NCBI GenBank assembly: GCA_951406725.2
Contig: OX597823.1
Coordinates: 51,088,001-51,152,000, forward strand
Length of the DNA stretch: 64,000 nucleotides
Source of the DNA: Octopus vulgaris
Taxonomy: Eukaryota
Direction: 5' to 3'
Shown here: piece after piece, positions 11,901 through 25,490 of the stretch
How the letters are laid out: each line of letters opens with the position of its first letter
How positions within the stretch are numbered: position 1 is the first letter of the stretch
The notes under the pieces: model-generated
Told to the model about the DNA's origin: nothing
Database searches by the model: none
What the model saw: the letters and a program-made list of their open reading frames with translations, nothing else
Position numbers and translations under genes: made by a program

Positions 11901-12122
11901 TATGTATGTATATATGTATGTATATATATATGTATACATATATATGTGTATATATATGTATATATATATATATATATATGCATGTATATATATATATATA
12001 TGCATGTATATATATATATATATGAATGTATATATATATATATATACATATGTATGTATATATATATATATGTATATATGTATGTATATATATATATGTA
12101 TATATATATATGTATGTATGTA

Positions 12123-12156
<34 letters not shown>

Positions 12157-12220
12157 TATATGTATGTATATATATATATGTATGTATATATATACAGCTA
12201 TGTATATATATATATATGCA
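11835..12220. repeat. (TA)n/(TATG)n microsatellite
   Basis: Directly visible. Confidence 0.95.
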
Positions 12221-12659
12221 AATTTTAATGCTTTCATTCTTTATATTTTTTTTGTTCTTTCTAAGTTTACGTAACAAACAAAACAAAAATTCAAACTATT
12301 CATCATTAGTTTCTCATCCTATGTTATATGGAGATTATTTTCACACAAAATGTAAACACGGTGGGACATCTACAGCTGTAGGCTATGGACACATCTCTAC
12401 CTCCATTGTGTAATATAAATTATTTCGATTATTACCAACAAAGACAATTGGACGTCCTAGAATGAAACACGTCTCTGTACTCGTCACACACGCTTTCACA
12501 CATTTATAAAGCAAATAAATAAGTAAGTAGAACAATGAGCCCCGAAACATGCTTTTTTTAAAATATAGCATCAGCTTATTAAAAATATAAACTGTTTGGT
12601 TATATATGTTACATATACATATATCATAAGTGTGTGTGCATACATATTTGAATATATAT

Positions 12660-12876
12660 TACTCTTTTACTCTTTTACTTGTTTCAGTCATTTGACTGCG
12701 GCCATGCTGGAGCACCGCCTTTTTAATCGAGCAACTCGACCCCGGGACTTATTCTTTTGAAGCCCAGTACTTATTCTATCGGTCTCTTTTGCCGAACCGC
12801 TAAGTAACGGGGACATAAACACACCAGCATCGGTTGTCAAGCAATGTTAGGGGGACAAACACAGACACACAAACGC

Positions 12877-12907
<31 letters not shown>

Positions 12908-13450
12908 TACATATGTATATATATTCATATACATACACACGCATACGCATATATGTATATATATATGTGTGTGTGTGTGCGTATGCATACATAAATATAT
13001 GTGTGTGTGTATACATACATATACACGTGCACGCACACACGTGGACGTGCATATTCGTTATCTCTTTTCTTTTGTTTGTTTCAGTCATTAGACCGCGGTC
13101 ATGGTGGGGCACCACCTTGAAGGACTTTTAATCGAATGAATCGAACCCCAGTACTTATTGTTTTTTAAGCCTCGTACATATTATATCGGTGTCTTGTACC
13201 GAACAGCTAAGTTACGAGGACCTAGGCACACCAACACCGAATGCCAAGCGGTGGTGGGGAGCAAGCACAAAAACAATGATACACACACACACGCGCGCGC
13301 ACACACACATATACGACAGGCTTCTTTCAGTATCTCTGTACCAAATCCATTCACAAGTAATTGGTCATCCCAAGGCTTCAGTAGGAAGCACTTGCCAAAG
13401 GAGCCACACAGTGGGACTAGATCCAGAACCATGTGGTTGGGAAGCAAACA
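12660..13450 (-). mobile_element. two adjacent SINE family B copies (young 3' half 12660-~12875; older near-full copy 13059-13450)
   Basis: Tail (ACTCTTTT)n-ACTTGTTTCAGTCATTTGACTGCGGCC, internal microsatellite, head ...CCATGTGGTTGGGAAGCAAAC. Confidence 0.88.
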
Positions 13451-13554
13451 CGTGTCTGAGTCTCAATATGTGTCATTAGCATGACAATTGACCCATCTTA
13501 TATATATATGTATATATATATATGTGTGTATATATATATATATATATGTGTATT

Positions 13555-13619
<65 letters not shown>

Positions 13620-13621
<2 letters not shown>

Positions 13622-14470
13622 ACTTACTTGGAACTGGATGCGTGGCGTTTACTTAAATAATAATATGAATAATATATATATATATATATGCATATATGGC
13701 CACAGGACGTCACCAACAGTAAACAACATGAAATACGAACATAAATGAGTTCAATACGCAAACAACGCGAGAAAAAATGGAAAACAGCACTAGTAATACA
13801 AAGAATACAAAGAACGACCCTTCATCAGTTGCTGGCTGTCTGTCTACTCCCCATTTAGAGCAATGTATGACACTGAGTCTTCGAAGACAGTTGCTCCCAT
13901 AAATACCCAAAGAAAATTTTTGAATTTATGGAGAGTCAAAGTTGAGAACAAAAACAGGACAGTGGAGATATACAAGGACACCGTACGAAAACAAACATGG
14001 AGGGTCGTTAGACCAGAACGAGGGGAAAATAGTGACTGCTGAGAGAAATATTTTCTTTGAAAAGAGAAAAGATAGAAGAGAGAGATAGGAGGCGTCTAGT
14101 CCTTAGAACATCCGTGCAGGAAAAGAAAGATTGTCAGGTGAAGAAAAGAAAGATGGAACATGGTCACGTGTCAGCAACGAAAGACATAAAAAGAGAAAGA
14201 GGGGGAGAGAGAAACAGTCTAGAGTAGAGTCGCATATAAAAGGTTAAGATAAACTTACTTGGAAATGAATGCTTGTCGTTTATGGGAACATCTGTCTTCA
14301 AAGACTGATTGCTCGAAATGGGAGTAGATAGCCGACAACTGATGAAGGGTCATTATTTGTATTCTTTGTATTACTCGTCCTGTTTTCCATTTTCTCTCGT
14401 TGTTTGCGTATTTAACTTATTTGTTTACGTATTTCGTGTTCTTTACTGTTGGTGACGTCCTGTGCCCATA
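13620..14470. mobile_element. Penelope-like element remnant with inverted terminal repeats, embedded in (TA)n
   Basis: ~200-bp diverged inverted arms 13695-13903 and 14279-14470 (GGACGTCACCAACAGTAAA / TTTACTGTTGGTGACGTCC); arms carry CAACTGATGAAGGG and CTCGAAA; (TA)n on both sides. Confidence 0.65.
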
Positions 14471-14472
14471 TA

Positions 14473-14568
<96 letters not shown>

Positions 14569-14586
14569 TGCATGTATGTATGTATA

Positions 14587-14798
14587 TACGAAGGGGCGCT
14601 CTTTGAGTGAAAGAAAATACAGGAGAATCAGTAAATTTTAATTTTATTTCACATATTCCCCTCTCAGATTCACATATCTATTGCAGCGGTCCTTCGGTTT
14701 TTCCAAGCCCTGTAAAAGAACTCGGAAGTTTGGGCCTCCACCTACATCTTTTCACGCGCGACACACTTAAAGCCAGGAACTTTTCAGTACCCCCTCGT
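14587..14798. mobile_element. mariner-derived MITE
   Basis: TACGAAGGGG... left end and ...GAACTTTTCAGTACCCCCTCGT right end (TACGAGGG-type TIR). Confidence 0.65.
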
Positions 14799-14855
14799 GT
14801 GTGTGTACGTGTGTGCATACACATACACATCTACACTCATATAAACATACATATA

Positions 14856-14947
<92 letters not shown>

Positions 14948-14949
14948 AA

Positions 14950-15023
14950 TAGCCAGATAACCGAAGAGATGGTGTTGTGGATTTCCACTTCGGCATCTGA
15001 AACTCAGAGTTTTATCTTGACTA
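14950..15023 (+). ncRNA. degenerate minimal type-I hammerhead ribozyme motif (PLE terminal-repeat type)
   Basis: AGATAA-CCGAAGA-GATG...CATC-T-GAAA-CTCAGAG-TT-TTATCT: stems I (AGATAA/TTATCT), II (GATG/CATC plus GTGGA/TCCAC) and III (CTC/GAG) all pair; core U4 is C. Confidence 0.6.
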
Positions 15024-15122
15024 CCGAGTAATGTAACATATTGTATAGATAAATTTCCTCTATTTACATAATATTGAGGTCTCTTTCTTTCTTTTGTTAT
15101 CTTACCGTTTTATCAATATATA

Positions 15123-15158
<36 letters not shown>

Positions 15159-15172
15159 TGTATGTATGTATG

Positions 15173-15237
<65 letters not shown>

Positions 15238-15504
15238 AGAAAATAATCTCGAAACTAGTCCGTGCGTATCACTCAAGCTATATATATATATATATACATA
15301 TTAAGGGCATCTGATCATTCACAATACGTCTTTCCTGAACGGTGACAACTTCCATTCCATCGCTATCGAGGAATGTGATGTTCTAGCAAATGATGATGAG
15401 GCATCTAAAAATACGTAAATCTTTTACTGTGGTTATTCCTTAAAAGAATGCCAAAATTTCATTGTAAAAGACGAACAAAATCAAAAGTATTGTTAGTGGT
15501 ATCT

Positions 15505-15710
15505 CTTATCATTTACCTTTTATTTGTGTCAGTTATTTGACTTCGGCCGTGCAGGAGCACAGCCTTGAAAAATTTTAGTCGAACAAATCGACTTCAGTAC
15601 TATTTTTGCTTAACCGGTAAGATATAGTGATGTAAACAAACCAATACCGGTTGTCAAGTATTCGTAGGGTACAAATATAATACGAACGCAAAGACAAACA
15701 TACATGTAGT
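15505..15710 (-). mobile_element. degraded SINE family B 3' half
   Basis: CAGTTATTTGACTTCGGCCGTGCAGGAGCAC...CCGGTTGTCAAG. Confidence 0.7.
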
Positions 15711-15713
15711 TAC

Positions 15714-15789
<76 letters not shown>

Positions 15790-15845
15790 GTCTGTCTATC
15801 TATCTGTCTATCTGTCTGTCTGTTTGTCTCTCTATTTATCTACCT
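15714..15845. repeat. (TATC)n microsatellite
   Basis: Directly visible. Confidence 0.95.
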
Positions 15846-16430
15846 ATCAGTTTATTTGAATTATTGCTTCCATATCTGTTCACTTGAATTCCGCTTATAG
15901 CCACTCTGGTTCCTCTTATGGCCCTGGTGTCCCCGGTAAAGATATCAGAGTGTAATTTCAAATCATTTGAGTGCTACTAAGCGTTTTCTACATTGGGATT
16001 CGATCATTCTCATCTGTTGATCCTATGTATGTATGTATGTATGTATGTATGTATGTATGTATGTATGTATGTATGTATGTGTGTATGTATGTATGTATTA
16101 TGTATGTATGCTTGTATGTATGCACGTGTGTATGTATAGTTAACATAGAAAAACAAAAGACGACGACAAATGTATGAACAGCAAACAGGTGTATTAGTTT
16201 GACGCTCGGGAAAACGAAGATGTGTTTTATGTTTCGAACCTACTCTCTTCAACAGAAATGAATAAGAGGAAATAAACAGAGAGAGAATGAAAAAGCCTGT
16301 AGATTTAGCGGTCTAGCATGGCGAATGATTAGAAAAATAAATTTGAAAAAAGAGTATGGAAGAAAGGGAGATAATGAAATGCTGATGATCTCAAATGAAG
16401 GTGCGCGTGCGTGTGTATTTATGTCAGAAT

Positions 16431-16464
<34 letters not shown>

Positions 16465-16894
16465 TGAATAGGGGCTAGCGACTTTTGATGTGTGCGTGTG
16501 TAAGTGTGTGCGTCTATGGATAAATAGATAGATAGATAGATAAAGAGATAGATAGATAAAATACTCATATTCATACATGCATACTCACACATACACAAAG
16601 CGTAAGATGCATAATCGTGATATAATGAAATATAAGAAATATAAATATATGTGACTGAACTATAGCATAAATTGAAAATAATTTGGAAAAGGAAAATAGG
16701 ATACATGTGTCTATGTGTGTGTAAAAGAAAGAGAGAGAGAGAGAGAGAGAGGGGGGAATGGGGAGAGAATGTGTGCGTATGTGCATGTGTGTGTATGCGC
16801 ACGCGTGTTTGTTTGTATGTCTGTAAATTTGTGTTTCTGTGTGTGTGTGTGTGTGTGTGTGTTTATGTGTAAATATATACTAAGGGTTTGCTTC

Positions 16895-17115
16895 TTAACA
16901 AGCTCTCATCTTATTCCTGGGGCCGTAGGTCTATACTCTAAAGCATTCCAGTTATGGCCCTCTTGTCTTTTGACAGTGTACTCCTCCTGAGTACATTATT
17001 CAACGCATCCTTAACAAACAAAAAAAAAAAAATTAAAAAAGAGCAGGGTGTGGTTTGAGGGAGATTTGGTAATTATGTCTATTATGCTGAGCAACCACTT
17101 AAAGGACCCCTTCGT
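16895..17115. repeat. interspersed repeat family D (related copies at ~18570-18900, ~40260-40390, ~47575-47765, ~54895-55070)
   Basis: Shared variants of AAAGCATTCCAG..TG(A/G)CC, ACATTAT(C/T)CAA and TTTGAGGGAGATTTGG across several loci. Confidence 0.5.
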
Positions 17116-17406
17116 TTTGTAGGACGGACTGGCATTTACAAAAATAGCGTTAAACACTAGTTTCCTTGGTTGAGCTGTCAATAAATATTTTGAGAAATTA
17201 TGATTCATACACACACATTGACCTTGTATCTTCTCCCGATCACCCCCACCTCTCTCTATTTATTTTCGTCCTCCAATTATAAGTGATGTCAATCTAATTG
17301 AGACACACCCCTTTCCATCCTTCCATCAATGGTTCTTTTTTCTTTTCTTTCTCTTCTTCCCTTTATCTCTATCTTACTCTTTCTGCCACTAATTCTCCAC
17401 TCCGCT

Positions 17407-17447
<41 letters not shown>

Positions 17448-18060
17448 ACATTTAATTCCTCTCTCCATGGCCTTCTGACCTTCTAACACGTTTTCATTGT
17501 TGTCGTTGCCCTTCTAAGCTGACTCCTCCCCCTAAGTTTTATTATCCAAACTGATCACCAACATTATACGCCCATCAACTCTCTTCTCAAATTACTATTT
17601 CTCTAATCCACAACACTAGGCCCATTACTTAATTATCTTATGCACATGATATCACTAACCTTTCGCCCTCCCTAACTACCTATCCCTTCTTAAGTACCCC
17701 CTTCATTTTCTGAAACCATCTTCCTCTGCTTCATCATATCTCAGCTGCTACAATTGTTGCTTCCTGGCCATCATTCTTAATTCTTCTTAATCTTAGGATT
17801 CCTCCTAATTATTAAATATTATCGTTTCTTAACAAGAAATTAAGCAATCGATTATGCAAACATATGAGATGTTACAATGTTGACAGGAGGTTTATTTTTT
17901 TGCCCACCACCCCGCCTAAAATACATTGAAGTAACTGTCGTATTTAGCTATTTCCGATTAATTAGTGAAATATATTGTCATTCTTTCAGGTTCTACACGA
18001 GAAGCTGTAGATATACATCTGTTTGCTTGTACAACAGATAAATTAAAGATACGTAATTAA

Positions 18061-18500
18061 CTTTTACTTGTCTCAGTTATTGGAATTCGGCCATGCTGGG
18101 GCAGCACCTTCAATGGTTTTAGTCGAATGAATCGAATACCGTACTTATTTTTATAAACATGGTACCTATTCTACCGCATTGCCCAGTTACTGGGACATCA
18201 GCAAACCAACATCGGTTGTCAAGTGGTGGTGGAGGACAAGCACAAAAACAAATACACACACAGACATACATACATAAGCATACTCTCGCGTACACACACA
18301 CACAAACACATACATTGACATACACAAAGAAATACGTGCATACTTATACGACAAGCTTCTTTCAACCTTCGTCTAATAAATCAATTCACAAGTCTTTGAT
18401 TGACTCGGAGTTATAGTAGAAGGTTCCTCGCTGTGGAACTGAAACCAGAATCATGTGGTTGAGAAGCACACTTCTCACCACAAAAGCACACCTACGACTA
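18061..18500 (-). mobile_element. SINE family B
   Basis: Tail, CATCGGTTGTCAAG, internal CA/TACA tract and head all collinear with 44290-44760. Confidence 0.85.
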
Positions 18501-19052
18501 TACAGGTGCGAGTGGAGGAAGAAAAAATACCTATCTGCTTGGGCTTACTGTAAAAATGAAAAAAAAAAAAAAAATCTGTTTGAGTAGGCCTATGACCAAA
18601 ACCGTATTAGAAAGCCTCATCCTGTCTCTTTATGCGTCTCTAAACGACATTGTCCAGTTCCTTTCTTTTTTCGGGACAATATTATCTGATTTTAGGAATA
18701 CTTGACCCTATTTCAAGCAGGTCGAGCGTTGAGGTTGTTGTTATTGAGGTCCAGCTCAGGTATTATTGAGCAAGCATAAAATAAAGGGCGTTCCAGCTGT
18801 GACCACGCTATCTTTTTTTTTGCATATGATCATACAATTGTTTTGCATACGATATGAGGATGATTTAGGTGCTATATCTAAGAAGTTGAGTGATTGCTCA
18901 GCAGCCACTTGTTTGCTTTAAATAAAATGTGTGTACATATACCTGTTTGAGAAACTGTAAAATTAGAAGTTGAGTTACATTCTTACATAAATACAAACGC
19001 ATATAAACGCACATGTATATATATATATGCACGTGTGTATGTGTATGTGTGT

Positions 19053-19470
19053 GCGTGGCTGTGTGGTAGGAAGCTTGTTTCCTAACCACATGGTTCAGGG
19101 TTCAGTCCCACTGTGTGGGAACTTTGGCAAGTGTCATCTACTGTAGTCTCGGGCCGACCAAATCCTTGTGAGTGGATTTGGTAGACAGAAACTGTAAGAA
19201 GCTTGTCGTGTATGTGTGTGTATACATACATATATACATATATAAATACATACATACATACATACATATATGTATGTATATGTAGTATTTATTTGTGTTT
19301 GTCATCCCGCCATCTCTTGACAACCGATGCTAGTGTGTTTATGCCCATGTAATTTAGCAGTTCGGCAAAAGAGATCGATAGAATAAGTACTAAATCCCCT
19401 TTAAGGCGGTGCTCCAGCATGGCTGCAGTCAAGTGACTGAAATGAGTAAAGGAAGAGAAAAACTAAAAGA
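19053..19470 (+). mobile_element. SINE family B (plus strand)
   Basis: GCGTGGCTGTGTGGTAG (A box), GGGTTCAGTCCC (B box), CORE-like TTGGCAAGTGTC, internal microsatellite, CAGTCAAGTGACTG tail hairpin. Confidence 0.88.
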
Positions 19471-20813
19471 CTATATATATATCAATGAACATGAGCAATA
19501 TAATGAAAGTAAAACGAATAGTCAGAAGTGGAGCCAAACCAAATTCTGTATAGCCAAGTGGCTGCGCATAAATCCAGCCGCGTTACTGAGCAAAAAATTT
19601 GCCCATAACTTGTTTTATTTGTAATTAATACAGAGTCGTAGATATGATTACGGTGGGATATGAATTTTATGTAAGTAAACACATTACTTGTCGTCAACTG
19701 ATGTATTATTGTTTTTATGACAACCAAACAAGAGAGCAAGAACCTTTCGTTGCCAAGTATATTCATGCCCGTTCAGCGTTAGATTATGGTGATCGAAGGA
19801 AGATTAGCCTCGTATATTTTGCAATAATCCAGAAGCAATGTTTCCGCCGTAATCACCGACTGCAAACCATCCGCCGTTTCTGTCTATATATATATAATAT
19901 ATCTGTCTATATAAAAACAGCAATTTCTGCTTATGTGCCTTATCGCACACATTCTATCTTTCCCCCTTTTGACTATTAATATGCATCAGAGTACGCTTAT
20001 ATCGAACACATTCTGTCGAAACCCAGGGGCGATGAAGGTAGATGATGCGTATAATCTCATAGCACGAGCGCTGTTTCCGTAAATACTAAAGTGGAAGGGA
20101 AAAAAATGCCGCAAAAGAAACAAAAAAACCCAACAGAACAAAACAAAAAAACAGACAACGCAAAAACAAATATGAAAGGAAAAAAAAATCAAACACAAAA
20201 AGGAAAGAAAAAAAGAAAAAAAAGAAGCCAAAACGTGTCGAATGTTCAATCTCTTATTTATGCTTTGATAAAAATCATATTTTTCCGCTTTCTTTTTATA
20301 GAATATTTTTTTTCCAGACGTGATGGTAATGGAGGTGGAAGATATGGGAACGTGGGCAGATTTTATGACACTAAGTAGTTATTTCCTCTTCTCTTTTATT
20401 TCTTGTTTATGGTTGATCTCTTGATATGTTCTACACATAGCGATAGCTTGCGGGTAATTTTTCAGCCCTGCCTTTGCATATTACATACAAATAGTTGAAC
20501 AAGCAAGACACTAATGATGTTGTTATTTCGCTGTCTGAGGCCTATAGCATTGTTGCCTTATCAGGTTTTTATAGCTGAACATTACACAGCATTGTTATGG
20601 GCTTCATGTTGCAAACGTGCGTACGGACGTGCACACACGCATCCCCCCCCCCCACACATAGCCTAACAAGTATACGTATATGTTAAAGGCATACATATAT
20701 ACATATAGATAGACAATTACAGAAAAATATACTATATAGATAGAAAAAAGAGTATTTATTCACAGAAACGTATCATAACGACAAATGTGTATACATTCAC
20801 GGTCACATTAATG

Positions 20814-21865
<1,052 letters not shown>

Positions 21866-22379
21866 ACCACTTTAGATGCTATAAATCAGTCTCCTAAGGG
21901 CAAATATGAAGAATCAACGCTTTTTTTACGACCTATTCATACTGCACATTTCGTTCTGTTGAGTGTCATACTGCTTGTTAGCCTCTCTATGAAAGGCTGA
22001 CTACCTTTTGTAATACTTCTTGTAGTTTACTAGCTGAAGGTAGCAAGTTCTGAAACGGGATAACTTGTTGAAACTATCCATTGACTTGATATTTCCGCCA
22101 TCTTTTTTTGCATGCAGTAGCACGTATTATCCCACACCCTTTTATTTCTATCTCATGTACCAGACTCTTATATCCGAAATCGTTTAATTCTTTTTAAATA
22201 TTCATGTACAGCTTTAAAATGGATTTACCTCTGTTTTGTACAAATTTAATCTGTTCAGACATAGTGATCTCAAATTATACCAGACAGGTGATCATATAAG
22301 AACAAGCTGTGCCCTAGAAGAAAGCTTATGAAAGGAAGCTTGCCAAACATATATATATATAAAATATAGATCTATGTAC

Positions 22380-22705
22380 ACCCATCATCGACCCTATCAT
22401 ATCACTGACTCCTTCACCTGCACGTCATTTACTGCATCTCCTGCTCTCTCTCTGTCCTTCTCTGCACATCGGTCAAACTGGACGCCGCTTGGCTGACCGG
22501 TTCGCAAAACACCTCTGAGACATCAGACTCGGCAACGACACCCCGGTCTCGCGCCATTTCCGCTCTACCGGTCATTCTTTAGAACACCTGCCTGTGTTCG
22601 GATTGTCCTTGCACAAGGGCCATCGAGACTCCCGTCTTCGCCGTGAACAGGGATTAATCTTCTCTCTTCGCTCCTTTGCCCCACATTGGCTCAACTTCCC
22701 TTCAA
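22380..22705 (+). pseudogene. Penelope-like element GIY-YIG endonuclease domain remnant
   Basis: Across frameshifts and one stop: ITDSFTCTS/VIYCISCSL/CPSLHIGQTGRRLADRFAKHL*DIRLGNDTPVSRHFRSTGHSLEHLPVFGL...RLRREQGLIFSLRSFAPHWLN. This is the PLE VIY-C-x2-C...YIGQT...R..EH...HF...GH...E...I...P.GLN pattern. Confidence 0.9.
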
Positions 22706-22865
22706 CTAACTCCCCTCCCCTCTCTTCCCCTCACACCTACTTCCTCTCTTCACTCCCACCCACCTCTCCTCTCCTCTCTTGCTTTGAAACCTACTTCCTC
22801 TCTTCACTCCTATCCACCTTCTCCCCTCCATCCTATAGGGTGACTTTAAGCTAGTATATATATAC

Positions 22866-22936
<71 letters not shown>

Positions 22937-23473
22937 AAACAAACGCAAGAAATAGGTTATTGATATTCCTAGTCATTCACATATTACAATACTCTTTCAC
23001 CCGTCATGTTTCTCAGATGAAAAATATCACAATATAAAAGCAGATTGAAAATATTACCCTTACGTAAACCAAAGAATCCTGTTCGAACAAAGAACAAACA
23101 ATTACATAGGTAATAAATAATGATAACGATTATGATACACACATTCATAGAGAAATCGAAGAAAATATATATATGAATAAAAATATGTAGAGGTATAAAG
23201 AACGAAATAGAGTGAACATGAGAAAAAAAGTGAAAACGAAAATGAAGGCTATTAAGAGACGAGGATAGATAAAAATGAGAAAAAGAAGAATAAAAACAAA
23301 ACAGGGGCAGAACAAAAGAGTAGGAATTAGGGTAAAATATTGATAACATGATATTAAATTATAAGCATAGCAAGGCCAGAAGTCATAAACTTCACAGAGA
23401 AAGAAGTCATTCGACTATAATGATGATAAATTAATTAGAGCAAACCGAATATTACATACATAGAGTTACGTAC

Positions 23474-23515
<42 letters not shown>

Positions 23516-23519
23516 GCGC

Positions 23520-24410
23520 ACATACACAGACACACTTGCATGCATACATAAATACATACATACATTCAAACGTACACGCATATATACGTATTTTCACATA
23601 TATACATATATATAAATGCATACATACACATACACATACATGCATACATAAATACATTCATACACATATACATACATGCATACATAAATACATTCATACA
23701 CATATACATACATGCATACATAAATACATTCATACACATATACATACATGCATACATAAATACATTCATACACATATACATACATGGAGGTACGTTCGGA
23801 TATACACGCACACACATACACACACACATGCATGTATACATAAATACATACATACATTCAAACGTACACGCATGCATACATATGTTCACATATATACACA
23901 TACATAAATGCATACATACACACTCATATACACACATACGTACATACATACACATATAATACATACATACACACATACACATACATGCCTGCATACAAAC
24001 ACATATACATACATGCATACATAAATACATACATACACATATACATACATGGAGGTACGTACGGATATACACACAAACGCACACACAAACTTGCATGCAT
24101 ACATAAATACATAAATACATTCAAACGTACACGCATACACACACATGTCAGAAATGTACACATTCATAAATGCAGACATACACACCCACATACACACACA
24201 CGTAAGTACATATACTTATACATACATACATACACACATACATACACATACATGCTTACATACATACACATATACATACATAAAGAAATATGTAGATAAG
24301 CACATAATACATACATACATACATACATAAATACATAAATACATACATACATACATACATACATACATACATACATACATACATACATACATACATACAT
24401 ACATACATAC
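23520..24410. repeat. complex minisatellite (36-bp unit x4, ~280-bp higher-order unit) ending in (TACA)n
   Basis: CATACATGCATACATAAATACATTCATACACATATA tandem at ~23635-23780; marker CATTCAAACGTACACGCAT x3. Confidence 0.85.
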
Positions 24411-24705
24411 TCACATACGTATATATTCATGATAGGTGCATCTCGATTTTGGGCAATACCATCGCTTGCTGTTTCTCATGAAGCAGCATAGATGTAGATC
24501 TTCAGTCGTACTAGGGGCCTAAAATCTTTCGCATGGAAAATGCAACGGTTAGAGTTTCTTGCAGCCGGCGCGCACAGAGTAACCACTCACACTAACATGT
24601 GCCTTTATATCATTATGGAATTTTTCATTCAGTGATTTACCTTTTCCAACTACAGCCAGTCGTAATATGCAATGCATAAAAGCGATGTTAAAGATCAAGA
24701 AATGA

Positions 24706-24746
24706 CTGTGTCTGAAGAATCTATAAGTGACGAAAGGCTTTGCACA
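24706..24746 (+). ncRNA. minimal type-I hammerhead ribozyme-like motif
   Basis: TGTGT-CTGAAGA-ATC TATAAGT GAC-GAAA-GGCT-TT-GCACA: intact CUGANGA and GAAA boxes, UH site, 5-bp stem I; A-C mismatch at the base of stem II. Confidence 0.55.
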
Positions 24747-25107
24747 TAGCAAATCTCATTTTGTAAACAAAGTATCCGTTTGCTTCAAAATAAGTAGTAT
24801 CTTACATCATAAGATGCAAACGATGTGGAAATTCTTACATGAAATGTTTTCATTCGCCTAGAAAGCTGTCTAAGAACATACTAAGAGGTCTTACACTCTA
24901 ATCTGTTGGATGGGCATTGACTCTGCAGAGTTCTAGTACAGAGAGACAACAGGGTAACGCCGTTAATGGGAGAGGTTGGGAAGGGTAGAGTGTAGTAACG
25001 GAAAGAAACAGGTTTTATACATGCATTTAAACATACACACACACACACATGCATGCAAAACAGCTCTAGCTCTAATTCTAACCACCACCGTTAAACAATT
25101 CTTGTAT

Positions 25108-25295
25108 CTTTTATCTTTTACTTGCTTCAGTCATTTGACTGCGGCCATACGGGAGCACTGCCTCGAAACATTTTTATCGAATGTAAATTCTGGTGCTTAT
25201 TATATCCGTCCCTTTTGCCGAACCACTATGTTATGGAGGCGTAAACAAACTACCACTGGTTGTCAAGCGGTGGCGGGGAAAAACACAGACACAAA

Positions 25296-25348
<53 letters not shown>

Positions 25349-25490
25349 ATACAACGGGCTTCTTTCAGTTTCCATCTTTCGAAACCACCCATAAGCCTTT
25401 GGTTGTCGCGAAGCTATAGTAGAAGGGACTTGCCCAAGGTGCCACGCAGTAGGACTGAACCCGGAACCATCTGATTGAGGAGCCTGCGCT
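25108..25490 (-). mobile_element. SINE family B
   Basis: Collinear with 44290-44760, internal (TA)n. Confidence 0.88.
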
